Shown here one piece after another: positions 38,275-50,764 of a DNA stretch of 62,639 bases; position 1 is the stretch's first letter, and each line of letters opens with the position of its first letter. The translations under genes were made by a program, and so were the position numbers. This stretch comes from Octopus bimaculoides (Eukaryota): assembly GCF_001194135.2 (NCBI RefSeq), contig NC_068983.1:94528686-94591324 (forward strand), read 5' to 3'. The notes under the pieces were generated by a model. It saw only the letters and a list, made by a program, of their open reading frames with translations. It ran no database searches and had not been told where the DNA came from.

Positions 38275-38450
38275 ATGGTTTCAAATTTTGCCACAAGAGC
38301 AGCAATTTTGGGGGATGTGATGAGTCGATTACATCGACCCCAGTGTTTAAATAGTACTTATGTTATCGACCCCGAAAGGATGAAAGGTAAAGTCGATCTC
38401 GGCGGAATTTGAACTCAACGTACCAACAGGCTAAGCTTTTCGTCCAGCAC
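38275..38450 (-). mobile_element. SINE family A
   Basis: Reverse-complement copy. Confidence 0.85.
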
Positions 38451-38453
38451 GCT

Positions 38454-38917
38454 GGCTTCTGATGTTAACTGGTTGGAAGTGTTATCATGTACATGTTTTG
38501 TCTCGGTATAAAAGATGGGCTAAGCAAATATTATGCTCAATACCACAGATTTGCTTATCAGCTGTTTGACTTTAACCAGTTGAGCATGTCCCTTAGTTGT
38601 TGACGATATGTGCATCTCTGATCACGAGCAAAAGTAGTGGGGAAGCATCATAGCCATGTGTTGAGAGAAATTTTGGGGTGGTTTGAATAATGCACCTCTG
38701 GAAACGTGTGTTTCATTCATCATCCTTAAACAACCCGTATTCAGGGACCTTTTCAGGCTACTCGACCTGAAGAAAATTCTAATTGGACCCCACCAGCAAG
38801 GTCGTGCGATCACCATGTCGCGCACATATGGTTGTGATGCATATGTCTGGTGTACTCTTATCAGACGGGTAGTCATGATTTGTTGACTGTGCTTCGTATA
38901 TTTTACCCTGTCACTCA
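38454..38917. mobile_element. Fourth copy of the ~560-bp dispersed repeat
   Basis: Colinear with 27390-27947 apart from small deletions. It ends in (AAT)n. Confidence 0.85.
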
Positions 38918-39676
38918 ATAATAATAGATAAATAAATAAATAAAAACTCCGGAGAAAGCCCAGAGATTGTTTTGTCCGTTAGAGTAATGTCTCTTAGACA
39001 AGAACAAGCATTGCCTTCACGGTGTATAAAGTAAATGCCTGTAGCGTGTGGTTGGGAGCTGGGGTGCGAGCGGGATGGGCTTTGTGTGTGCGCCGGAGAA
39101 TGGAGTAGGGTCAGTCTTAAAAACATGTGTGGACATGTATATCTATATGTGTTTGTAAGAAGCTGGATTTAGCAAACCTTATGCAACTCATGAGATGGTA
39201 AATATCGTTGGTGGAAGTTTTGCAGGCATTCAACAGTATATCTACTTAAGTAGGATATACAGATTGCTATTTTGGACTAATATTGCTTCCATCGCTAATA
39301 ACGAACATATATACATATGTACGTATGTACGTACGTACGTACGTATGTATTCATATGCACTTACACATAGATAGATAGGTAGATGTTGCGACTAAATTTC
39401 AACTGCATGCAATTAATAAACATACATATAGCTTTGTTTTGCAAACAGATTCTGATTAACCTCAGATCTCTCTCTCTCTCTCTCTCCCCCTCTCTCTCTC
39501 TCTCTCTCCCCCTCTCTCTCNNNNNNNNNNNNNNNNNNNNNNNNNNNNNNNNNNNNNNNNNNNNNNNNNNNNNNNNNNNNNNNNNNNNNNNNNNNNNNNN
39601 NNNNNNNNNNNNNNNNNNNNNNNNNNNNNNNNNNNNNNNNNNNNNNNNNNNNNNNNNNNNNNNNNNNNNNNNNNNN

Positions 39677-39709
<33 letters not shown>

Positions 39710-39874
39710 TCTCTCGAACAAACGAACGGACCGAAAAACAACTTGACTAGTATTGCATAATCATTGCTTGTAGTGTCATCATACAGGTGACATTTTAGTT
39801 TTACCGGTTTGTCACGTCTGTTAATTTGTGCCAATCAGATCAGTAAATAGGTATTAACTTTAGTTATTTCTCTC

Positions 39875-39956
<82 letters not shown>

Positions 39957-40054
39957 CGAAAAATGAAGGAGATTTTCCAGCATTCATAGTGATATGTCCA
40001 AATCCACGACAGTAGCATATCTGCAATCGAACTATAAGTCTTTCATTAAAAGAG

Positions 40055-40270
40055 TTTCGTATATTTTGGCACAGGGCTAGCAATTTCAGGGGAGGGTGTA
40101 AGTCTATTAGATCGACTCCAGTTCTCAATTGCTACTTATTTTATCGATGCCGAAAGGATGAAAGGGAAAGCCAATCTCGGCTGAATTTGAACTCAGAACG
40201 TAAAGATTGACGAAATGTCACTAAACATTTTGCCCGGCGTGCAAACGATTCTGCCTGCTCACCGCCTTGC
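40055..40270 (-). mobile_element. SINE family A
   Basis: Reverse-complement copy. Confidence 0.85.
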
Positions 40271-40376
40271 AAAAACAGGAGTTTCATTTATTGACATATG
40301 TACATGTGGGTGTATATACTTGTATATATGTAACTGAGTGAGTGAGTGTATATAGACACGCTCGCGCACGAACATA

Positions 40377-42606
40377 TACGAAGTGGTGTCAAAAAGTCCC
40401 GGATTACTTCTGTAGCACACTAACAGGTGGCAGCACACGGTTGCGTGCGCAGTGAAAGCTATCAGTGACCTTCATGAGGCAGAGTGCCGAGTGACATCGC
40501 TGTATTTACTTCGTAAGTTGTGAAATTTGTATTTTTGTGATTACGTGTATGCTGTAATCTGCAATTTTTGTAACGGACTGGAAGCTGGGCGCTTTTTCGT
40601 TTAAGCGTGACAGCTTAAATATGATTTACTTTCATTTTTACCTTAAATATAGTTTAGTTTCGTTTAAGCGTGACAGCTTAAATATGATTTAGTTACGTTT
40701 TTAGCTTATATGATGTAGTTTCATTTTGTTTATTTAGTGTTAACATTTACAATTTCAATATGAATTTTCCATTAGTGAGTAGCATAAATTATTCGGATTT
40801 GATTATTACTTTAATGGACAATGAAAAAGCAATTGGTTGGTGCAGACGACATAGGCTCTTGTATAAGAAATATATTTGCTCTTCATGTAAGTTAGAAATG
40901 TATTAGGCAAAAGATAAAAAAATTAGCGATGGTATTATTTGGCAATGTAGAAGGTTGTGTAGAAAAAGATTGTCAATTAGATCTGGCACTTTCTTTGAAG
41001 GGAAACTGTCATGAGGTGAGTAGTACAAAATTTTAAATTCATGAATTGGTTTAGCCTCTGAGGCTGTTGTGAATTGGAAAAATTATTGCAGAGATATATA
41101 TGCCGAATATTTCATGAAAAATCCTCTTGAATTGGTTGGAAAAGGAATGTATGTGGAAATAGATGAATTAGCTTTTGTCCGACGAAAGTTTAATGTTGGT
41201 CACCAAGTGCAAACTCAATGGGTATTCGGTGGTATTGAATTAGGGCAAGGAGAAAAGTGCTTTTTGGTTGCAGTTCAAGACAGATCAGCTGAAATGTTAT
41301 TACCAATAATTCAACAATATATATGCTTTGGAACAACAATAATATCTGATTTATGGAAGGCTTATAACACCATTGCAAACCTTGGTTATAATCACCCCAC
41401 TGTCAATCACTCAGTAAATTTCGTTGGTCCTATTTCACATGCTTCGACCAGTCATGTAGAGGCAATGTGGAACAGTGCCAAAAGACGGAATAAAAGAAGA
41501 ATTGGAACCGCAAGGTTATGTCATGATAGTTACTGAGTTGAATTCATGTGGCAATATCAATTTAATGATGATCCGTTCCAGAATCTTTTGATTGGTGTGA
41601 GAGATGTTTATAATCAATAATTTTGATGTGAGAAATGTTTATAATCTATAATTTTTTTAAAAATAAAATATGGTTTGTTAGTATTTTTGTTTTAATTTTC
41701 ATTTCTTATTAAATATATCTTAGCTGTCACACTTAAACGAAAAGAGCGCCTTCATTTCTTATTAGATTTATTTTAGCTGTCACTGTTCAGACTAAATATA
41801 AACAAATAAAATTTTTAATTTTTTTAAAAACGAAACTAAGTCATATTTAAGGTAAAAACGAAAGTAAATCATATTTAAGCTGTCGTACTTAAACGAAAAA
41901 GCGCCGGGAGTTGGAACCAAGAGCCAACGTGAAATTTTGCATCAAACTTGGGAAGTCTGCTACAGAGACATTGAGCATGCTTCGGCAAGCTTACAGCAAT
42001 TAGACAATGGGTCATGCACAATGTTTTGAGTGATGCAAGCACTTCAAAAGAGGAAGAATGTTGCTGGAAGATTATGAGCGATCTGGAAGACCTGCCACAA
42101 GCGTCACCTCCGGAAATGTGAACAAAATTCATTACCTTGTGTATAAGGATCGTTGGAGGACAAGCAACAAGATTGCTGATGTTGTTGGTCTGTTGTATGA
42201 GTCCATGAAGGCAATCCTAACGCCTGGATTCTTCACGATGACAATGCATCCTGTCACCGAGCTCTCCTCACTCGTGAGTTTCTCACCAAAAGCAACATGG
42301 TATCGCTTCTGCACCCAACCTATTCGCCAGATTTAGCACTTGCGGATTTCCATCTCTTTCCCAAGATGAAAATGCAGCTCAAAGGTCACAGTTGTCAAGA
42401 TCAAAAATGAATCACAGGAGATCCTCGACTTGCTTACGGAAAATGACTCCCAGGCCAGATTCCAAAAGTGACAGGAACACTGGTACCTGTGTATTGCTGA
42501 ACAAGGTGACTATTTTGAAGGAGATGATGTTAAAACTTAGGTAAATAAGTCATTTTTTTTTTATTAAACATAACTAGTCCTGTAACCCTTTGATACCACC
42601 CTGCAT
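40377..42606 (+). mobile_element. Mariner (DD34D), internally deleted, interrupted by a Merlin element
   Basis: TIR-like ends TACGAAGTGGTGTCAAAAAGTCCCGGA / TCCTGTAACCCTTTGATACCACCCTGCATA. Translation gives RANVKFCIKLGKSATET, ERSGRP and LHDDNASCH...YSPDLALAD, with 34 residues between the Ds. Confidence 0.9.
40588..41905 (+). mobile_element. Merlin (IS1016/ISXO2-like) DNA transposon, decayed
   Basis: TIRs GGCGCTTTTTCGTTTAAG(CGT/TAC)GACAGCTTAAATATGATTTACTTTC. The 8-bp flanks are GGAAGCTG / GGGAGTTG. ORF 41069-41620 has VEIDE, QWVFGG, IISDLWKAY, TVNHSVNFV, HVEAMW and DSY*VEFMW. Confidence 0.92.
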
Positions 42607-42709
42607 AAAGAAGGTTGCGTTTGGGCATACATAATCGCAAATGAGAGAAAATTACTTCGTAATGTCAATGACTTTTTCCCTTATCTTTACATCCTCTCTT
42701 CTTCACACG

Positions 42710-44410
42710 TGTGTACGATAGGGGTCCACCAAGGTTCAGTCCTCAGCCCCCTCCTATTTATCATCGTCCTCCAGGCAATAACACAGGAATTCAAGACACG
42801 ATGCCCCTGGGAGCTTCTTTTTGCTGATGACTTTGCTCTAACTGCTGAATCACTATCAGAACTAGAGAAGTTTCAGGTCTGGAAGCAAGGATTAGAATCA
42901 AAGGGCCTTAGGGTCAACCTAGCTAAAACCAAAGTTCTAATAAGTAGGAAGGTAGACAAAACACAAACCCCTTCAGGTAGATGGCCCTGCTCAGTCTGTA
43001 GAAAAAGTGTAGGTAGAAACTCTATAAGATGTACCCAGTGTAAGCTATGGACACATAAGAGGTGCAGCAATATCAAAGGAAGGCTAACTAGCAAGATAGT
43101 TTTTGTATGTAGCAGATGCTCAGGAGCAATAAACACTGAAATTGTGCAGAGAACAACTTCTGCCACATTTCAGGGAGAAAAACTATAAGTAGTTGATAGT
43201 TTCCGTTACCTTTTGACCAAGTCAGTAGCAGAGGAGGGTGCGCTGAAAGTTTAGCTGCTAGAATAAGAATAGCCTGGGCAAAGTTCAGAGAGCTCTTACC
43301 TCTGCTGGTGACAAAGGGCATCTCGCTCAGAGTAAAAGGCAGACTGTATGACGCGTGTGTACGAACAGCCATGCTACATGGCAGTGAAACATGGGACATG
43401 ACTGCTGAGGACATGCGTAAACTCACAAGGAATGAAGCCAGTATGTTCCGATGGATGAGTGATGTCAGTGTGCATACTCGACAGAGTGTAAGTACCTTGA
43501 GAGAAAAGTTGGACCTAAGAAGCATCAGTTGTGGTGTGCAAGAGAGACGATTGTGCTGGTATGGTCATTTGTTACCAGAATGAATGAGGATAGCTGTGTG
43601 AAAAAGGGCCACAGCCTAGTGGTTGAGGGTACCCAGGAAGACCTGGGATGAGGTGGTGAAGCACGACCTTCGAACATTAGGCCTCACCGAGGCAATGACT
43701 AGTGGCTGAGACCTTTGGAAATATGCTGTGCGTGAGAAGACCCGGCAAGACAAGTGAGACCATAGCCCATGGCCTTTACCAGGGGTGTAGCCACTTATGT
43801 GTACGTTTCCTTCTTTGCACACAAAATCCTGCTTGCGAAGACCTGTTGAGGCAAGTGAAATCGAAATTGAACCAAATTCGATGACTCGCACCCATGCCAA
43901 CCTTCCTTCATTGGACACTAAACTCAACTTACGAAGACCTGTTGGGGCAAGTGAGATTGAAACTGAACCAAATTTTATGACTGGCACCTGTGCTAGTGGA
44001 ACGCTAACAGCACCATCCGAGTGGGATCACTACCAGAGCAGCGGTCTCGCTCCTGTGCCGGTGGCATGTAAAAAGCACCATTTGAGCGCGATCGTTTCCA
44101 GCTTCGCCTTACTGGCACTTGTGCTGGTGGCATGTGAACAAAACATTGGACTGACTCCTGTGTCGGTGGCACGTAAAAAATACCATTTGAACGTGGCCGT
44201 TGCCAGTGCTGCCAGACTGGCCTTCGTGCTGGTGGCACGTAAAAAGCACCCACTACACTCTTGGAATGGTTGGCATTAGGAAGGGCATCCAGCTGTAGAA
44301 ACTCTGCCATATCAGATTGGAGTCTGGTGTAGCCATCTGGTTCGCCAGTCCCCAGTCAAATTGTCCAACTCATGCTAGCATGGAAAGCGGATGTTAAATG
44401 ATGATGATGA

Positions 44411-44412
<2 letters not shown>
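42710..44412 (+). mobile_element. 5'-truncated RTE-clade LINE with an embedded PHD-type finger and a repeat-rich 3' UTR
   Basis: GVHQGSVLSPLLF, ELLFADD, GLRVNLAKTK, a C4HC3 finger, KGRLYDACVRTAMLHGSETW. The 3' end is GGAAAGCGGATGTTAAA(TGA)n. Confidence 0.92.
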
Positions 44413-44465
<53 letters not shown>

Positions 44466-45029
44466 TTAAACCCGCATGCATGTGAGTGTTTGCAGATATA
44501 CATATATATACATATGCACATGTCCATATGCATACACATACACGCGCGCACACACACACATGTGGGCGCTTATGACTCATCCATCTAATCAGGTGCTAGG
44601 ATGCCCTTTTAGCACCAGATGAGATGGATATGTGCCTACGAAACTTTAAGGCATATGGACCTTATTCAAACTGTTATTAAATATATATTTAACTCCCACC
44701 AAATGTGTATGTATATGTCAGTGTACATGTATGCTTGCGTTTGAATGTGTGTGTGTATTTTATTTATATATACGTCTATGTGCACACATATTCTTATATA
44801 TGTGTTTATACTATTTAATTCCACCTTATTTTATTATTCTAGTCTATTTCCTCCCCCTTTAATTAATGAGTAGATTTCTGATATTTATTATCCTGTGACT
44901 CACAAATAATCTTTTATCAAGTTTCCAGAAAATGTTTTGCCAGCAACTACTCCAATACCTAACATTAACCACACTGCTGACTCCATCACATAAATCAAAC
45001 TGACTTATAGGAACAAACTTTATTAAATA

Positions 45030-46055
45030 CTAGCAGAAATACCCAGCTTTGCCCGGGTTAAAGAGAATAATGAAATCTAAAAACGCCGTCTAGACTACGC
45101 AACCCTCAACTGTTAGTAGCTACGATACCATATTTCTACATTAATAACTCTCCAATCCATGCCAGCATGGAACATAGACATTAAGTGGAATGCCAGTCTC
45201 TCATCTAGGAGGGCCTTGAAATCAATGTTACCAACTGGGGACTGTGTGTGTCGTAGTGATAATAAAAAAACCCAAAGGAGGTCTGCAACGAAATAATTTT
45301 ACTCACCACTTTGCAAGTGAATCAGTGGAGGCAAAGATGCGTCTCGTTTACTTGACAATTNNNNNNNNNNNNNNNNNNNNNNNNNNNNNNNNNNNNNNNN
45401 NNNNNNNNNNNNNNNNNNNNNNNNNNNNNNNNNNNNNNNNNNNNNNNNNNNNNNNNNNNNNNNNNNNNNNNNNNNNNNNNNNNNNNNNNNNNNNNNNNNN
45501 NNNNNNNNNNNNNNNNNNNNNNNNNNNNNNNNNNNNNNNNNNNNNNNNNNNNNNNNNNNNNNNNNNNNNNNNNNNNNNNNNNNNNNNNNNNNNNNNNNNN
45601 NNNNNNNNNNNNNNNNNNNNNNNNNNNNNNNNNNNNNNNNNNNNNNNNNNNNNNNNNNNNNNNNNNNNNNNNNNNNNNNNNNNNNNNNNNNNNNNNNNNN
45701 NNNNNNNNNNNNNNNNNNNNNNNNNNNNNNNNNNNNNNNNNNNNNNNNNNNNNNNNNNNNNNNNCTCTTTCTCTCTTTCTCTCTGAAAGTATCTGTCATT
45801 ACAGTATCGAAATGTGATTGTTTCAGTTAGTAGAATAGTTTCATTTTTAAAGTGAAAGTATTTGACATGAGTGTTTTTGTTTCACTTTTGACACGTAATA
45901 CTTAAATAGTGGAGGAGATATTATGTTGCTGTGGGCTCGAACTCTGCAAGAAGTTAATAATTTTTTTTGACTAAAACACAACTGGAACCTTAAGTAAGGC
46001 ATCTGTAAAATTTGAATGAAATTGGTTGCGTAGTTCTCGAGTTTTAGGGATTCAC

Positions 46056-46090
<35 letters not shown>

Positions 46091-46116
46091 CACATTCTCA
46101 TTTTTATATATAGAGA
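45030..46116 (-). mobile_element. Non-autonomous Helitron (gapped), same family as 31290-32994
   Basis: Minus-strand 5' A|TCTCTATATATAAAAATGAG. About 350 bp are colinear with 31290-31650. 3' ACCCGGGCAAAGCTGGGT hairpin and CTAG|T. Confidence 0.9.
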
Positions 46117-46339
46117 TTAGACTGGCTGCAGGAGAAAACTCAATTGCAATAGATAAGAGTAATATCCCTTACTTTCATTTCAAATTCCAGCAGAATTTCC
46201 ATAAAGTTTCAGTAAAAGATGATGAAACTTAAAACTAGTTAATAAAAATGTTCTGTTGACAGCAGAAGTATGAAAGTTCAGTTTTGTTATCAACAGAGAC
46301 AACAAACTGTTTCAGTATGTACAATTTCTCAGAGACAGA

Positions 46340-46720
46340 AAAAAGTAGCAGTTATATACTCAATGCGATTAAGGAGGAGGCCTTATCAATTATAACCCAG
46401 GATGTTCTAGCTAGATAATTTTTCCTAATCTCAAAGTTTGCAAATAAAATGGTAAAGTTTTCTTTGTCTCTGGACCTGAAGGAGTGCATATGTTGAGTGA
46501 ATCTTCTCTTAAAATTGTTAGTTGCTAGTCTTATATGCTTCCTCAATATATCATCAGATAAAAATACATCTTCTGAGTTATATGATACCACTGCTATTCT
46601 GAAGGTCATACTATACATTCCTGCATGCAGTGATGAATTGTATAGGATGTAAAGTAACAGACTTGATCCATTGCACTCTCTCCAGTTAAACTCTCTGTTT
46701 AACTTTGTATGCTCACAGAT
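46340..46720 (-). mobile_element. Penelope-like GIY-YIG endonuclease fragment
   Basis: HIRLATNNFKRRFTQHMHSFRSRDKEN...SWVIIDKAS resembles the PLE YIGxTxxxFKxRxxQHxxSF motif. Confidence 0.7.
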
Positions 46721-46749
46721 TTTGATGGTGTCCACAGTAAGGTGTGCAA

Positions 46750-48245
46750 GAGGCCTACCTTGCTATGGCTACCACCATTAGTGACAGCGATACAGTTGCT
46801 GCTCCTTTGCACTTGGTGGTGTACATTCCAACACAGTGTTTGACGTCAGTGAGGCTATTGATGTTGCAATTTCTTTATGGCTGTCCAGGCTGAGTAAAAG
46901 GTATGGTGTTTTTAGAATGTTGCTGTAGTAGTGATCTGGGTTGTTGTATATGTGTCTGAGTGTTTGAAGGTAGGGGGGGGTGTTATGTAGTGATAGGGTA
47001 TGTGAGAGTTGAAGATTGTTGTTGAAGTCATAACCAGCATTTATTTTCAGTTTTCAAATTTTCCTATTGTTTTTTGGAGAGATGTCTGATGAAAGGAAGA
47101 GGTCAAAATCATGGTTAAGGTGGATTGTTTGTATTTTTGTGATCCTGTTGTTTTGTTGTATCTGGTTGATGACTTTTGAGAAATGACTGATAAGCACCTT
47201 TACTTGGTCTTGCTATGTGAGTACATAATTTAGGTTATTATTAGAACATAAAGTGTGGTGTAACCATTGTTGTGTAACTATTGTTGTACCCCTTGTATGT
47301 CCAGGTGTCCTTTCAATTTTAGTGCATTTGTTTTATTGCAGATGTAATATATGGATATGGTCTATGCATAAACTGATATGATGTGTATTGCACTGTTTTG
47401 TGTTCCTTGTACTTTATTGTGAGTTGTGGAGAGATTGGGGGCCAGGCAGAACTGGCATAGTATTATATCAATCTAATATATTGTTTGTATACTAATCTTG
47501 TTTCTTTCTATTGGCCAAATGCAGGATCTCTGATTGCTCAAAAAGATGTTTCTGCATTGTTTTGCTTTCATTGTGTTGGCCATGTCTATTGTGAATGCTG
47601 TGGAGGTGTTGTAAATCCTAGTATTTTTGTCTTCTCTGTGTGCCCCATATTTATGATCTTTAGTGTAATGTTTGGTTGTTCCTGTGTGGGTATATATTGA
47701 GGTTGTTAGTATGGCACTGAATATTGTGTAATTGTAGTTGTTGTTGATGATACTAATTACACTACATAGTGTTTTACTGTTAGTTTTGTGGTTTATGTTG
47801 GATGCATGTGTTTGCCAGTTTTCTGTTTTTCTATGATGTATATGTCTTCTTATTTCCTAGTTTAGTTGTCTGATGCTAAGTTTATTATTTCTGTTGTGTG
47901 TGACTTGGGCAATGATGTTTGTGGTTGTCTCTGATTTTTATGTGGTTGGCTATAGCTGCTGGTGTGTAATTGGTGTGACTTTTAAGTTGCTTCATGAGAA
48001 TATGACTTTCTGGGTACATTTATAAGTATTTTGTTGAATGCATGTGCCATGGTGTTGTTTAATTCTGAAAAACCTTATATCTTTTTCTTGGTGGAATTCA
48101 TTCTATTGTGATTTTTTGCAATTTGTAAAAGTGTTTTTAATTTCTTCATTGATGTGTGCATCACGATGATAATTCGTGGATGATTTGAGGAAATTTGAGG
48201 AATTGTCAGCCAAATAGATGTGTTAACTTAGTGATGTGGAGTAGT
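46750..48245 (-). mobile_element. Decayed LINE (I/Jockey group) 3' region
   Basis: KILG, AIRDPAFGQ, YKQYIR, YASSAWPPNLS, NKVQGTQNSAIHIIS, with many stops. Confidence 0.6.
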
Positions 48246-48284
48246 AAGTGAGGAGGTGTGTGTGTATATATATATATCATCATC

Positions 48285-48457
48285 ATCATCATCATCATCA
48301 TCGTTTAACGTCCGCTTTCCATGCTAGCATGGGTTGGACGATTTGACTGAGGACTGGTGAAACCTGATGGCAACACCAGGCTTCAATCTAAATTTGGCAG
48401 AGTTTCTACAGCTGGATGCCCTTCCTAACGCCAACCACTCAGCGAGTGTAGTAGGTG
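48285..48457 (-). mobile_element. RTE LINE 3' end, running into a gap
   Basis: Reverse complement of 44240-44412 (CATCGTTTAACGTCCGCTTTCCATGCTAGCATG...CAGCTGGATGCCCTTCCTAA). Confidence 0.85.
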
Positions 48458-49098
48458 NNNNNNNNNNNNNNNNNNNNNNNNNNNNNNNNNNNNNNNNNNN
48501 NNNNNNNNNNNNNNNNNNNNNNNNNNNNNNNNNNNNNNNNNNNNNNNNNNNNNNNNNNNNNNNNNNNNNNNNNNNNNNNNNNNNNNNNNNNNNNNNNNNN
48601 NNNNNNNNNNNNNNNNNNNNNNNNNNNNNNNNNNNNNNNNNNNNNNNNNNNNNNNNNNNNNNNNNNNNNNNNNNNNNNNNNNNNNNNNNNNNNNNNNNNN
48701 NNNNNNNNNNNNNNNNNNNNNNNNNNNNNNNNNNNNNNNNNNNNNNNNNNNNNNNNNNNNNNNNNNNNNNNNNNNNNNNNNNNNNNNNNNNNNNNNNNNN
48801 NNNNNNNNNNNNNNNNNNNNNNNNNNNNNNNNNNNNNNNNNNNNNNNNNNNNNNNNNNNNNNNNNNNNNNNNNNNNNNNNNNNNNNNNNNNNNNNNNNNN
48901 NNNNNNNNNNNNNNNNNNNNNNNNNNNNNNNNNNNNNNNNNNNNNNNNNNNNNNNNNNNNNNNNNNNNNNNNNNNNNNNNNNNNNNNNNNNNNNNNNNNN
49001 NNNNNNNNNNNNNNNNNNNNNNNNNNNNNNNNNNNNNNNNNNNNNNNNNNNNNNNNNNNNNNNNNNNNNNNNNNNNNNNNNNNNNNNNNNNNNNNNNN

Positions 49099-49134
<36 letters not shown>

Positions 49135-49135
49135 G

Positions 49136-49167
<32 letters not shown>

Positions 49168-49454
49168 CATACATACATATGTACATTGGAGCAAATTGTT
49201 TAAGATGTAAAGGGAATATAATTGCAATGTTATTTCATTACTTCTTTTTCCCTCTCTCTACTATTTTACTGTGTTAAAGTCTAGTAGCCGGTGTGTGTGC
49301 ATGTGTGTGTGTTTAATGTGCTTTGTGTTACTTCGCTTTAACTTTGAAAGCCTCTATTTCTGGTGTAGATGTCCGATAGCTGAGTGTGTTCACTAGGAAC
49401 AAAAGAACAATGGGATAATATTTACAAATATATGGTTTGAACTGTTTACAGGCA

Positions 49455-49890
49455 TGCTGAGACAACAGGCATGATGGAATAGTAAGAAGTTTGCTTCTTA
49501 ATCACATGTTGCCTGGTTCAGTCCTACTTCATGGCACTTTGGGAAAATATCTTCCATCATTGCCCCATGCCAACCGAAGCCTTGTGAGTGAATTTGATTG
49601 ACAGAAACTGAACAGAGTTTGTAGTATGCATATATGTTTGTATGTGCTTGTGTGTGTGATACTGTCATGTTACCTCAACATCATATGATAGTTGTAAATG
49701 AGTGTCACCATTACACAAGCAGTCTTCTTCATTTCCAGTCTTCCATGAAAAACATGTCTGGCCAAGGAGAAATATTACCTTGCTTCGAAACAGGTGAGGG
49801 TTGGCAACAGGAAGGGTATCCAGGTGAAGAAAGTCTGCTTCAACAAAGTCTGTCTGACTCACATGAGCAGGGAAGTGTGGATGCTGTTAT
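49455..49890 (+). mobile_element. SINE family B, long form with an RTE-like 3' tail
   Basis: Degenerate tRNA-like head (GTAAGAAGTTTGCTTC..GGTTCAGTCC), GGCACTTTGGGAAAA, and a tail GGCAACAGGAAGGGTATCCAG ending in (GAT)n. Confidence 0.7.
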
Positions 49891-50090
49891 GATGATAATG
49901 ATTGTGGTGGTGGTGGTGGTGGCCATGGCTGGAATGCTTTGATTACAGATTTTTTGATCAAGTCAATTTCAAGCTAAACAACCACAGCAAGAACCTCATC
50001 AGGTTGTTCAGTTCTGTCTCTCTAGTGGTTTAATTGTCTATAGGTGTTAATTGCTTTAACAATTGCTAAGTTTCACCATTTCATTTTGGG

Positions 50091-50142
<52 letters not shown>

Positions 50143-50764
50143 GATGGAGATGTTGCGACAGAAACAATTATGAATTTGCACGTGTTGAAATAAAGTAAAT
50201 TTCAATGGCTTAATCCTAAAGTCTGTGTAAACAAAAACAGTTTTACCTGATGCAATACTGTATAGTCATAAACAAAACACTGCAGATATTGTAGCCAATC
50301 ATTACATGACATCATGCAGATGTTAACCTAAAATTAATTCAACTTACATCCAACTTAGAAGTGGAATAAACTTGAATGGAATGAAATAAAATTGTAAACA
50401 GACCTAATACGTTGGCAAGAAGCCAAGTAATTTCATGGTTGTGAGTAGACACAGAAACTACCTGGTTGTTCATTTCAAAGTAGGTTAATTGATATAACAA
50501 TTGATTTTCCAAACACTTACCAATCTTGTGATCATACAGACTTTATTTTACTTAGCAACTTATTTTCTGTATTCAATGACCGTAACATATAATAATAAAT
50601 TCATTTGATACAGTCTCAACAACTAACCTCAGATGATTGTGAGTCAGAAGAACAGAGCAGTTGAAATCATCTGAATTTTCCTTTCTTTGATGACAATAGG
50701 GTCATATTTACAACATTAATGAGTCACTTCATTAATAGATGATCAAAGTTAAAGTAATAACTTT

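Noticed and set aside
41069-41536. Bacterial IS1595-family insertion or contamination
   Set aside because: It has Merlin-type TIRs and an 8-bp TSD inside a eukaryotic mariner, and it is decayed like its neighbours.
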